Source: Eledone cirrhosa
Lineage: Eukaryota
Reading direction: 5' to 3'
Length of the DNA: 64,000 nt
Assembly (NCBI GenBank): GCA_964016885.1
Contig: OZ024747.1
Coordinates: 71,486,001-71,550,000, forward strand
Both the position numbers and the translations under genes were made by a program. Numbering within the stretch: position 1 is the stretch's first letter; each line of letters starts with the position of its first letter. A model generated the notes under the pieces. That model saw nothing but the letters and a program-made list of their open reading frames with translations. It was not told the DNA's origin and did no database searches. Below are positions 50,555 to 64,000 of the stretch, piece after piece.

Positions 50555-51393
50555 GTGGTCGTGGTGGTGGTAGTGGTGATGGTGATGGTGGTTGTGGTGG
50601 TGGTGGTAGTAGTAGTGGTGGTGGTGGTAGTAGTACGACAATAGTGATAGTGATATGGATGATAAAGTGTTGGAATTGTAGGATATTAGGGATGATAGCG
50701 GTTGTATGACGTGGGGTGGTAGTAGAGGTAGAAAGTTGGTGGGCATTTTGTTGTTATTGTTGACAGTGATGATGATAATGGCGATGGTGGTGGTGGTGCT
50801 GATGATGATGTTGGTGGAGATAGTGGTGGTAGCAGTGGTGGTGATGGTGGTGGTAGCATTGTTGGTGGTGGTGATGATGATGGTGTTGGTGGTTTTCTTG
50901 TGGCGACGGTGATGGATATAGTAGTGGTGGTGGTGGTGGTGGTGGTGGTGGTGGTGGTGGTGGAAGTGGTGGTCGTGTTGGTGGTGGCGGTGATGGAGGT
51001 ATCGATGGTGGTGGTGGCGGCGGTAGTGGTGACGGTAGTGGTGGCTGGGGTCCAGAAGTTCGCCACCATCACCACCACCCCCGCCCACGAAAATAAAAAA
51101 AGAAAAAGAAAACATAAATATATAAAGAAGATATATATTTCAGAAGCCAGTATAAGCAAGCATGCCTATCATGAAAGAAAACAATACTTAGTTGAGGGAG
51201 ACATCAGTGTCGAGTGTAGCGAGGTTTATGTGATGATGTATAAATAAATGTGAAAGAGCTTGTAACCGTCTTCTAAAGAATGTTAGGGTTGTCTCTCACC
51301 GTACGTGTTTACAAAGTCAGATAATAGCTGCTTAAGTGGCTATATATGTTCTAGTGCTTTTGTCCGTGAATTTATGTTGCTGTACATGCATAC

Positions 51394-51478
<85 letters not shown>

Positions 51479-51624
51479 AACATACCTACGTACAAATATA
51501 CATACAAACATACCTACGTACATATACATACAAACATACCTACGTACATATATATACTTACATGTTGGCTGCCAACTCGTTTTCGAGTTAGGCCACTACT
51601 TTATATCCATGTAGCAGAACCCTT

Positions 51625-51805
51625 ACCGATGCGCTGAACGAGTGTGACTTTTTAGTCCAGCCAGCGACTTGAAAACTCTGGTACAAACACTACACTTGTG
51701 ACAATTATTGTCACAAGTGCTGGGCCCATGGTACCATGTGACGACAAGTGCAGAGAGATCTCCAGATATAAAGCAATGCCTGTGCCGTGAAGCTTTTATA
51801 GTGAG
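51625..51805 (-). mobile_element. Probable LINE 3'-end fragment with terminal C2H2 zinc finger
   Basis: CSVCTRVFKSLAGLKSHTRSAHR* abutting (TATG)n; isolated C2H2 fingers like this end some RTE-group ORFs. Confidence 0.5.
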
Positions 51806-51976
51806 CAATACATACATACATACATACATACATACATACATACATACATACATACATACATACATACATACATACATACATACATCTCTCTCTCTCTCTC
51901 AGTATATATATAAATATATATATATTAGAGATTCGGGGTCTAGTGGCTGAGCTCTTGCCGTTTCGATAGCAAATCC

Positions 51977-52010
<34 letters not shown>

Positions 52011-52250
52011 CTTCTTTCGTTGTTTTAGTATTGTATGGTTGGGTTTTGCCTTCCGCAATTTTCAATTTGTCAAGCTATCTCAACGTAACGTTATTACTCT
52101 AAGGACCTCCTACCCTTATTCCTAATTGTAGGTCGACTTTGCTTGGCCGCAGCCAAAGCTTCGATTTTACTAATCTTCCACTTCTATATATGTGTGTGTA
52201 CTATAAGAATAAAGGAACAAAGTGTCAGTGTTGCATCATAACATATTTAA

Positions 52251-52345
52251 GAAGATATTACATGTTTCACAATCGATCAACTCGAGGAACGATCTATTAT
52301 TGATCGAACCTGACTCTGGAATCAAAAGATCGTCAGATATGCTTC
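52251..52345 (-). ncRNA. Hammerhead-like motif
   Basis: Minus: gaag(c)atat-CTGACGA-[61 nt containing tcgatcaa...ttgatcga]-GAAA-CATG-TA-atatcttc; stems I and III fit, base of stem II does not close. Confidence 0.5.
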
Positions 52346-52646
52346 CGTATCCGCATGTGATCTCGTCTCCGATTCTGTGTGCGAATTTCTCCAGCCGGTT
52401 GTTATATATATGTGTGTGTGTGTGTGGGTGTGTGTGTGTGTGTGGGTGTGTGTGTGTGGGGGGGGGGGGGGTGCGCGCGCGCGTGTGTGTGTGTGTGTGT
52501 GTGCGTGTATGTGTAACATGATGATTTCTCCCGAATAAAACAGTTCTAGTCCTGTAGAACCCATTTCTATACTAAATAATTATGCTCTGCTATCTATTGA
52601 GTACCTTACTTACTGTGGTTACCCCCGATTGAACCCGGGATAAACT

Positions 52647-52685
<39 letters not shown>

Positions 52686-53018
52686 ATAAAAGGTAAACAG
52701 AAATAACAACGCAATCGGAACAGTATATGGAAGGAATATATTAGTTTAACTAGTTCATCGTTCCTGTGTCAAGCTTGAACAAAAGGACAGCGATGGTTGC
52801 CGAACACTGTACGGCGTAATTCGGGATGTTTGTTTACAAACAAACGGAGCATTATAATAAATGTTCGGTAAACCCATACGTCCATATATATGTGTGCATG
52901 TATGTATATATATACATACGACTGTACGTCTGTATACATATATGTATGTACGTATACATACTGATATTTAAGTATCAGCCGTACTAAGAGTGAGAAATGA
53001 AATTTCATTTTTTCCATT

Positions 53019-53142
<124 letters not shown>

Positions 53143-53389
53143 CATGCATGTATGTTTGTTTGTTGTTTGCGTGTTTATAGTATTTTAACATGGCTTCTCT
53201 TATGGATATCGAATATCTCTCGGGCTATAAATTACTTTAAATAATTAAAATCGATGACATTTTGCTAAATTTTCAGAATTTTCTTTTCTTTTTCTTCTGA
53301 TCTGTTTGTTTGTTTCCCTGTTTTTTTGTGGGGGGGGGGGTAGTTTTTGTTTTTGTTCTTTCTTTTTTTTATAACAGGTGATCTGGACT

Positions 53390-53508
53390 TACGTCGGTTT
53401 CTGTGACGATTGTTCTAGTTGTTCGATCAACGGAATAGCCTTCTCATAACATTGAAGTGTAAATTGTTAAGCATTCCACGGGACGCGCGTCCCCTTAATG
53501 TAATTCTC
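53390..53508 (+). mobile_element. Decayed SINE-like interspersed repeat fragment
   Basis: cgatcaacggaatagcc...gcattccacgggacgcgcgtccccttaatgtaattctc resembles a common octopus repeat from memory; not verified. Confidence 0.35.
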
Positions 53509-54225
53509 TCTCTATCTATCTATCTATCTATCCCCCCTCCTCTCTCTCTCTGTACATATATATGAAATGTTCGTGGTACTGTACGGAAAACGGGAAGATC
53601 TCAGATCATGATAGTACTTGATGCATGTTTAGGTATAGAATTGGTATAGTAATTAGCAAAATTCCAACGGATAGCGTACTTCATTTAAGCTGACCTGCAA
53701 GTATACTTACTGGCTTTGAACAATTCAAATTCATTAAGCTTACAAGCAAATTTTACTAATTCCTATGTTTGTGTTCTATTCAGTATGGGGTTTGCCACTG
53801 CCCTCTATTCACATCCTCTACAAAATCGAATAATTAATTACCCCACTGAAATAATGAATCATGTATCATTAAGTGTTGATTGAGCTATTCCATATAGATC
53901 AACTCGTCATGCCTTCCTGCAGATAAAACATCGATACATTCCTAATATATCTATATAGATATGTGTGTGTGTGTCTGAGACCGTATGTATGTATATCTAT
54001 ATCTATCTGTGCGTATGTATGCATATCTATAACTATATCTATCTATCTCTATATATATAGAGAGAGATAGATAGATAGAGATATGCATAGATACGCACTC
54101 AGGCACACACATAGGAGCCTTTATTCTTATAGCCTGATCTAATTGATTTTTTTATATGGTTAATTATGCTAATTGGGAGAGGAAATGGTATATATTTTAT
54201 CTAATAATTCTAAGGACATGATTTA

Positions 54226-55845
<1,620 letters not shown>

Positions 55846-56289
55846 TATGTATGTATGTATGTATGTATATACGTATGTATGCATATATAGTAGTAATAGT
55901 AACTACAAAGACCAAATCCAAAGAGGACTCGATAAGGGTTGTATATATAAGTATATATATAAGCCCGTAGACCAAATATTTATTATTAGCACAGATTAAA
56001 AGTTTAAATAAACAATTTCTGCTTTCACTCTAAAGAGGGGTTCTTCAGAAGAACATACTTTAAATAAATATGTGTTGGCGTCTTCGTTTTGGTTATTATA
56101 ACCACAAATTTGTGGCCGTTGTTCCCTCCCTCCTTATTCAGAGGTGTCTGTCGTAATCGATCATATCCTCGGAATTTTGGACCGAGCCATTAATTAAGCA
56201 ACGTCTATAGATTGTTCTCATTCCGTTGACAATGCTTGCAGGATAGTTGTTAAAAAAATGGTGCGCATCCTTTTGTTGACAGCATGATC

Positions 56290-56720
56290 CTCCCCGAGAT
56301 CACAAAGCATGGCCTGGACGGCGCAAGCTTCCCTTCCCAGCTCGAGCCAGCAGGACTTGACCGAGGAGACAGCTAAAGGTCAGACGGCATGACAATACTC
56401 CCGTTCCACGTAGGTAGGACCCTCATCTGGGATGCCACATGCTGTGACACCTACTCAAGTAGCAGCCTGGTGTGTTCAGCTACCAGCCCAGGCTCTGCTA
56501 CCCGCCAAGCCGAAGAGAGCAAACTGGTCAAGTATCGGCCGCGTGCGGATAGGTTTGTGGCAGTGGATACTTCCGGCGTTCTTGGTCCTCGGACCACATT
56601 TCTACACGCTGCTATCAGAGTGGAGTTGGCCACCTGAAAATGCGAGCCACGTGAGGTGGAGTGGCTGTTCCAACGCTCTCTCTCGCCGTCTCCTGGGGCA
56701 ATGTATTTTCCATCCTGCAG
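56290..56720 (+). mobile_element. Decayed 3' end of CRE-like retrotransposon
   Basis: KHGLDGASFPSQLEPAGLDRGDS*RSDGMTILPFHVGRTLIWDATCCDTYS...VDTSGVLGP...WLFQRSL. Confidence 0.8.
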
Positions 56721-56829
56721 ATCGGGATCCTGAGTCACAGAGTAATTTAGTTGGTAGTGGAGGATACTCGTTCGGTCGTCACTTTCACTCACTTTTTAAA
56801 AAACAAAGAATTTAATTCTCAGTATAAAA

Positions 56830-57052
56830 ATATGTATAATAATGGTTTCTAAGAGCAATTTTTAGGGAGTGGAAAGGTGGCCATACTGTCCCCAGTACTT
56901 GACTAGTAGCATATTATTTTATCGACCTGGAAACTCGGAAGAATGAAAAACAAATTTGACTTCAGTTAAATTTGAACTCGGTATACAAGGAGCCGAAATA
57001 AATACCGCAAGGCATTTTGTCCGAACCTCTAGCGGTTCTGACAGTCCACCAT
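56830..57052 (-). mobile_element. Diverged tRNA-derived SINE
   Basis: ttttatcgacc...gaatgaaaa...tttgaactcg...taccgcaaggcattttgtccg...ccacc. Confidence 0.65.
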
Positions 57053-57674
57053 CTTTAAATGAATGTAAAATAATGATAATTCCTTTTCTCAGAAATTCGG
57101 ACATATATATCTGTATATGTACGTACGTACGTACGTATGTATGTTTGTATGTATGCGTGTATGTGTGTATGTATGTATATATGTATGTATGCATGTGTGT
57201 GTGTGTGTATATATGTATGCATGTATGCGTGTGTGTGTATGTGTGTATGTATAAAGAGAGGGATTGAAAACAGGAAGGAGAGGGTGAGAGAGAGAATAAG
57301 ATAGGGCTGTTTATCACCTTTATCCCATCACTCGCTCGACACACACACATTCCGTTTCAGTTACTCTAAGTAAGATTAGTGTTATATATATAAGTGTGTG
57401 TGTGTGTAGTTTGTGTGTGTGTGCATATGTGTATGTGTGTGCGTGTGTGTCCGTATATATGTGTGTGTGTGTGTGTGTGTGATTGATTTCTTTGAGTGAG
57501 TACTATTTCAGAAGAACAGAAAAAAAATTGTTTCCCCTTCAACATCTCACCATTTTTGTTTCTTGTTTCCTCTGTATTTTTTGTTCTGTTGTTTCTGTTA
57601 TATTTATACACAAACACACACACATACACACACATACACACACATACACACACATACACACATACATACATACG

Positions 57675-57711
<37 letters not shown>

Positions 57712-57787
57712 ATTCATATATATATATAGATATATATTCATATATATGTATATATATAGATATTTATATGTATTATATGTATGTATG

Positions 57788-57844
<57 letters not shown>

Positions 57845-57846
<2 letters not shown>

Positions 57847-58300
57847 GTTTTTTTTATTATTTTTACCGATTTGTGTCCATAAATTACATAAAGAAAAGAC
57901 ACCCAGACATCTGACCATGAATTGTAGTAAGTCTAAAGAAATGCGAAGTCGGTGTGGTGAGTAGAGTGGGAAGATATGATGGCTGTTGGGATAGGGAGGT
58001 GATGTTAGATTATTCCGAGTGCTTAAAAGTGTTGGGGGAGGTTTTGTTGCATTTGTTGAACTAGTAAGTGATTGCCGTGGTCCAGTGAAATATAGAGAGT
58101 GTCTGAGCCAGACCGTTGGGCGACATAAATCACGCTTGTTATTTCGCCGATATCTATCATGGCCTTTACAGCAAAAAGAACTTTCTCGACGGACGCTACG
58201 GTATCTGTTTGTGGTGGAGGTGGATAAATGGAGGGTGAGAGAAAAAGTGGACAAAAGGAAATCGGCCGAATTGGTGAAAGTAACAACTAAAGAAGCTGAA
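57845..58300 (-). mobile_element. Possible very decayed PLE GIY-YIG fragment ending at (TA)n
   Basis: CCKGHDR-Y/DIGEIT..(R)PTV and HIFPLY across frames are reminiscent of CxxC..YIGET..R; weak. Confidence 0.3.
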
Positions 58301-58491
58301 ATAAAGCTTCAGCTTAAAGAAGTAGTTATGTCGATGAAGCCGAATAAAAACTACTGTGAATAATCTCTCCACTTCATCAACGGTTTCTGTGGTTCAATTG
58401 TACACTAGACAGTTATAGATGAATATATATGTAGGTAGGTATCTATACACACGTATATACACACACACATACATACATGTATGTATGTATA

Positions 58492-58608
<117 letters not shown>

Positions 58609-58683
58609 ATATATTAGATAGATAGATGAATATTCTTGTGTGCTTTGCCCTCTGTATCTATACACACACAAATATAAATAACA

Positions 58684-58940
58684 TAGGCATGTTTGAGTGG
58701 TTGGGAAGCTCGCTTGGCAACTACATGGTCCTGAGTTCAGTCCCACATCGAGGTACCTTGGGCAACTATCTACTATTATAGCCTCTAGCTGACCAATGTG
58801 ACGCAAATGAAACGTTATATATGGAAATTGTACTGAAGTTCATTGACGATGGCTTATTTTATTAACGTCACATTGGTCGGCTCGAGGCTATAATAGAAGA
58901 CACTTGCCAAAGATGCAACGATATGGGATTAGACCCAGGG
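58684..58940. mobile_element. Tail-to-tail pair of fragments of a second tRNA-derived SINE family (+ 58684-58803; - 58866-58940)
   Basis: gagttcagtccca...accttgggcaa...ctattatagcctc.agctgaccaatgtgacg and its reverse complement cgtcacattggtcggctcgaggctataatag...acttgcc. Confidence 0.7.
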
Positions 58941-59210
58941 CATTTGGAAAGAATCACCATATCCTAGGCCTCAAAATAACTATACAAACTTAACTCAAAT
59001 AAACTTACATTTAATATACTGTAAATTGTTACGCTTAAATGCAATCTTTGAAAAATGACGCTCTACAAAATAACAGCCTACATAGTATTTAAGCTATTTA
59101 AGGTGTAATATGACTGAAATAGTTTTCATTTAGTCTATTCTTATATTATATATTTGTCTGCTGGCCTCACAACAGGATGGTAATACAGGATCAGTGACAT
59201 ATCCCCTATG

Positions 59211-59274
59211 ATTGTATGAACATCTGATGAAGTCACATTCATAACCATGTAGCAGAAATATATAATCATGCAAT
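59211..59274 (+). ncRNA. Hammerhead-like motif ~45 nt upstream of a short (TA)n
   Basis: attgtatga-acat-CTGATGA-agtcACATtcataaccATGTagca-GAAA-TATA-TA-a-tcatgcaat; 9-bp stem I with bulge, imperfect stem II base. Confidence 0.55.
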
Positions 59275-59589
59275 AAAGCAATCATGGTGAAGTAACCCCG
59301 TCTTAATTACTTATAATTAATATATATATTTAATGGCTGCAACTCGATTTCGGGTAATGCCATCGCTTGATACTTAAGCATGAGCATGACGGACGTGGCT
59401 TTTAAATCCTGCTAGGGACTTGCCTATGGCCAGCAATACCATGTATCGCAGAAAATGTCACATAAAAAGTGATGCCTGTGCATGGAGTTTTTTTAAGCGA
59501 GGAAGACTTTGCACGAGACAATCCCACTCTCTGAACATCGAAGACATTTACCCAAAAAGTAGAACTGGTCTATATCGTTATATATATAT

Positions 59590-59715
<126 letters not shown>

Positions 59716-59784
59716 GCGATAATAGTGTAGTACTTCCCTATTTCCTTTGAAACGTGCGTAGAAATGAAATGATAAATAATAATT

Positions 59785-59841
<57 letters not shown>

Positions 59842-61013
59842 ATTATATAAGATTATATGATGTCACTGAAGTGACTCTGTTACTAATGTGAGTTTCGTGG
59901 AGTGTCACTGATTACATTTATTTCTAAATATATTGCAGGAATAAGTTCCATTGAGTCGGTTTTTCACGTCCCAGTTTCGATCCTAAGATGCAACGATATC
60001 ATTTCTCTCTCTTATACATGACAACTTCTCATTTTTATCCCAGGCTTCGTTCCTAGGCTAGAAACGATTATTATTTTCCCTCGCCGTGACCGACACAGTA
60101 TTCCGGAATAAATTGCCGATGATCCGAGCATGTGACCTGTTTTCAATTCCAGTTGGGAACAATTCTCTTGTGTGTGTGTGTAACGTCCTTTGTAAAGTCA
60201 TAAGCATCACAATTTCTTATTACCAACCGTTTCTTCCTGTTCAAAAGAAAAGAAAAAAAATCTCTAGTTTTATTCACATGTAAGAGACAATTATTTTTCT
60301 TCTGCCTCCTGCCACCTTATATCATATTAAATATGGCGAGTGTAGATAAAGAAAATAGTTTCATTTCAACAAGAAAGGAAGTATTATTAGTATTATAGAC
60401 TACACCAATCAAGTCTAAAATTTATTAGCGGAGAGAGCTATCCATTTACAGAAGAACGCTATGGATACATCAAGAAAATTGCTTTCGGAATCAAATTAAG
60501 GATTATCTACAAGTGGACCAATTTGCGTTCTTGCCAGTTCATTCCAAGCGAATCCTACTGATATAAGTTCATCTTCTTCTTCGATCACATCTACAGAAGT
60601 GGACGAAATAGTGTTCTACTGGTGACGAAACTTAGTTCCATCCAATATAAATATATTGAGAAACCTGGCTTTGGTCAGAGGTGCTTTGTCTGTGAAACTT
60701 TGTAGCTCAGTGGATGATAGAGCGCTTGGTTGAATAGTTTTCCCATTTAACAAAATAGAGTTAAATGTATGGCAAAAAGCGGCTGAGCGTTAACTTAACT
60801 AACAACAGACGGCTTCTGAGAATTTCCAGTCATTAGACAGCATTCCAACTCAATAGCATTTCTCTACTCAGGAATCTCGATTCTGTAATTGCTGCAGCTC
60901 TATTCGGTTCACAAAGTTCTTGATTAACTTAATGAAGGTTGACACCAAGATCCAAGCGCAAGACTAGTTAAACACAAGAAACTCATCAGATTGTTGCTTT
61001 AGAATACACTTTC

Positions 61014-61060
<47 letters not shown>

Positions 61061-61070
61061 ACACACTTAC

Positions 61071-61104
<34 letters not shown>

Positions 61105-61254
61105 GTGAGTGAGTAAGTGTGTAGGTATGTGTGCATGTGTGCATATGTATGTGTGTGTGTGTTATGACAAGCAATATATTATTCATATATTCAGAAAAAT
61201 ATGAAACAATAAAACAATATAAGAATGTGTGTGTGCCTGTGTCTGTATGTGTGT

Positions 61255-61338
<84 letters not shown>

Positions 61339-62043
61339 GTGTGTGTATTAAAAGAAGTAGAAAGATAGATAGATGTACGAAGTAATTGTATTCTTCTCTT
61401 AGACAGGTCTAATTATTCAAAGGGAATATTTATAACTGACAGAATCCACTTTATTATTTAAGTAGTTCTTATTTCTTCAATTTTGAAACACTGAGATGGG
61501 GTGGGGAGGGATTCAACTCGACGAATTTAAATTCAAAACAAAAGCTATGCATTTCAATACTGTGATGCACCCGAATCCCCAATACTCCTCTCTGATAATA
61601 ATTTTGTAAATATGTATAGATTTATACATGAGTATAATATATGAAGCCATTCAGAAATATATCATCATCATCATAATGGAGCTTATGTAAATATACGTAT
61701 ATATGTAACCGAAACATTACCTGTCCTTCCTCACACTGCCATCATATCTTCCCTGCGTAAAAGAGAAAAAGATATAGGGAGATGGAGACAGAGAGAGAGT
61801 GAGAGAAATTGAGATTTGTTTTCTGGCAGATGAGACTATCGTCTTGTCTAACTGTTGTAGTATTGCTTATCAGATTAAAATGGTTTTTTTCTAAATCTTA
61901 AAAGCACATTGTTTAAGGATATTAAAAGGCACAATTAAATACATAACACTGACTTTCCTATATCATTTTGCATGAGCAAAACTCTATGTATTCTTACAGA
62001 TGTGATGAACATTAGAAATGATTGTGTCTAGTTCTTTACTGTA

Positions 62044-62526
<483 letters not shown>

Positions 62527-62595
62527 CAAATAGTTTTATCGCTCTACATGGCTGAATACAATAAATGTAATCTGAGTTTTTCAAATATTAATAAT

Positions 62596-62775
62596 TGTTT
62601 CTACTTTTGGCACAAGGCCACAATTACCCAGTACTGGTACTTTATTTTATCGACCCCGTAAGGATGAAAGGCAAAGTTAACCTCGGCAGGATTTGAACTC
62701 AGAATGGCAAGGGCCGTAACTCTATGCGTCAAAGCATGTCGTCTGACCCTCTACCGATATTGCCAATCCACCGCC
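62596..62775 (-). mobile_element. tRNA-derived SINE with perfect 17-bp TSD
   Basis: TSD tttcaaatattaataat at 62579-62595 and 62776-62792. Confidence 0.9.
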
Positions 62776-63455
62776 TTTCAAATATTAATAATATTCGATT
62801 CGTTTGCAATTATGCAAACAGCCTCTTTAGGGTCTGTCATTCTTAAGCCTGTGATTCTTGCTCTTGTGTTGGCATATAAACAGAACGGCATACACTAATG
62901 TTTCTGGGTGATTACACTTCGTCAGGATTGCCTTCGAAGAAAAGGATACTGTAAATAGGGTCACGTCATGTTCTCACAAGGCTGTCAATTCTGAAAGTCT
63001 GACGAAGAGATAAAGGGGGATGGACCCTAGTTCTTGACTGGTACTATATTTTATCTGACCAGAATTATGAAAGTTAGGATTGAAAATCAAAACGCAAAAG
63101 GGCGAACATATACCGCAAGTCTAAAGATCTAACGATTCTGGTAATCGAGCGCTCCCATATGGGGCTACCACTGTGTGTTTTACTGGAACTTCTAAGATCG
63201 ACAAACAACACCATAAGCAATATTAGAGGTGTAGGAAATCAGTGTTTGTTAGCCCCACACAATTAATATTAACCAAAAAATTATCCTGTTACCAGTGCCA
63301 ACAATACTTAAGACGTTATAAGCCATATCATTTATGAAAGTAATCTCTCAAAAATCAGCGAACCTAACAGATAATCTCATAATCTGTTTGATATAACTTA
63401 CTGCGTGTTTTCGCAATGAATTAAATAAAGAACTGATTTGCGTATATATGTATAC

Positions 63456-63537
<82 letters not shown>

Positions 63538-63563
63538 GCAAATCAGTTCGATATTTAATTCAT

Positions 63564-63683
<120 letters not shown>

Positions 63684-63729
63684 ATTTAATATATATGTTA
63701 TATATTTCATATTATTTACATCCCAATAC

Positions 63730-63890
63730 AATGTCAGTAGAATTACAGGGTCATTCTACTGACGTGGCTTAAAGAGGGTGTTTGCATAATTGCAAACGAA
63801 TCGAATATTATTATTATTAATATTCGAAAAACTCAGATTACATTTATTGTATTCAGCCACGTAGAGCGATAACTTTTTGTTAGTTATTTA
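63730..63890 (+). mobile_element. Short (TA)n-abutting element; inverted relative of 62525-62830 (which the SINE interrupts)
   Basis: gtttgcataattgcaaacgaatcgaatatt...aaaaactcagattacatttattgtattcagcca.gtagagcgataa is the reverse complement of 62525-62595 + 62793-62830. Confidence 0.75.
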
Positions 63891-63916
63891 TATATATATA
63901 TAAATATATATATATA

Positions 63917-63960
<44 letters not shown>

Positions 63961-64000
63961 ATATATAATATATATATATTTATAAATGTATGTGTATATA

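Noticed and set aside
36632-50709. Giant ORFs (2448 aa LLPPLPTISNILPT; >1000 aa MLEMVGSGGSSVGR) as mucin- or structural-protein genes
   Set aside because: The unit is a multiple of 3 and the minus-frame consensus codons are not one substitution from a stop, so long ORFs are expected neutrally. The plus frame has recurrent TTA>TGA stops, there are frameshifts near 44326 and 45867, and no non-repetitive domain or signal peptide is present.
56010-56055. Hammerhead-like CTGAAGA...GAAA on the minus strand (similar weak hits at ~35268 and within 62239-62335)
   Set aside because: No proper stem III/UH cleavage site or stem I, or the core is mutated.
60440-61015. Possible decayed Hydra-type endonuclease C-terminus (VWQK, LNTR...CC) ending at (TA)n
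   Set aside because: Too few residues across multiple frames to support without an alignment search.

Overview
Eukaryotic, repeat-saturated intergenic or intronic DNA with no supportable host gene. The SINE families and microsatellite load resemble a coleoid cephalopod (Octopus-like) genome, which is inference. Most ORFs in the track are artefacts of (TA)n, (CA)n, (GAA)n or a 13.8-kb 42-bp minisatellite. The informative core is 19.7-31.4 kb, where (TA)n tracts host two Penelope-like retroelements (PLEs). One is a C-rich Neptune-type element (RT + GIY-YIG, frameshifted at poly-C runs). The other is an AT-rich, intact Hydra-type element with 1657-bp pseudo-LTRs, a terminal inversion and three copies of a type I hammerhead ribozyme. 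Both of its (TA)n junctions map next to two copies of a bulged hairpin that differ by a compensatory base change, a layout best explained by a circular or multimeric RNA template. Further hammerhead-like motifs and fold-back mini-elements abut (TA)n/(CA)n tracts elsewhere. The Neptune 3' UTR holds six pairs of ACUAAY (STAR/Quaking-type) motifs. Also present: tRNA-derived SINEs with TSDs, a hAT MITE, and decayed RTE, R4/Dong, CRE-like and Helitron fragments. All calls are by eye, and boundaries of decayed elements are approximate.
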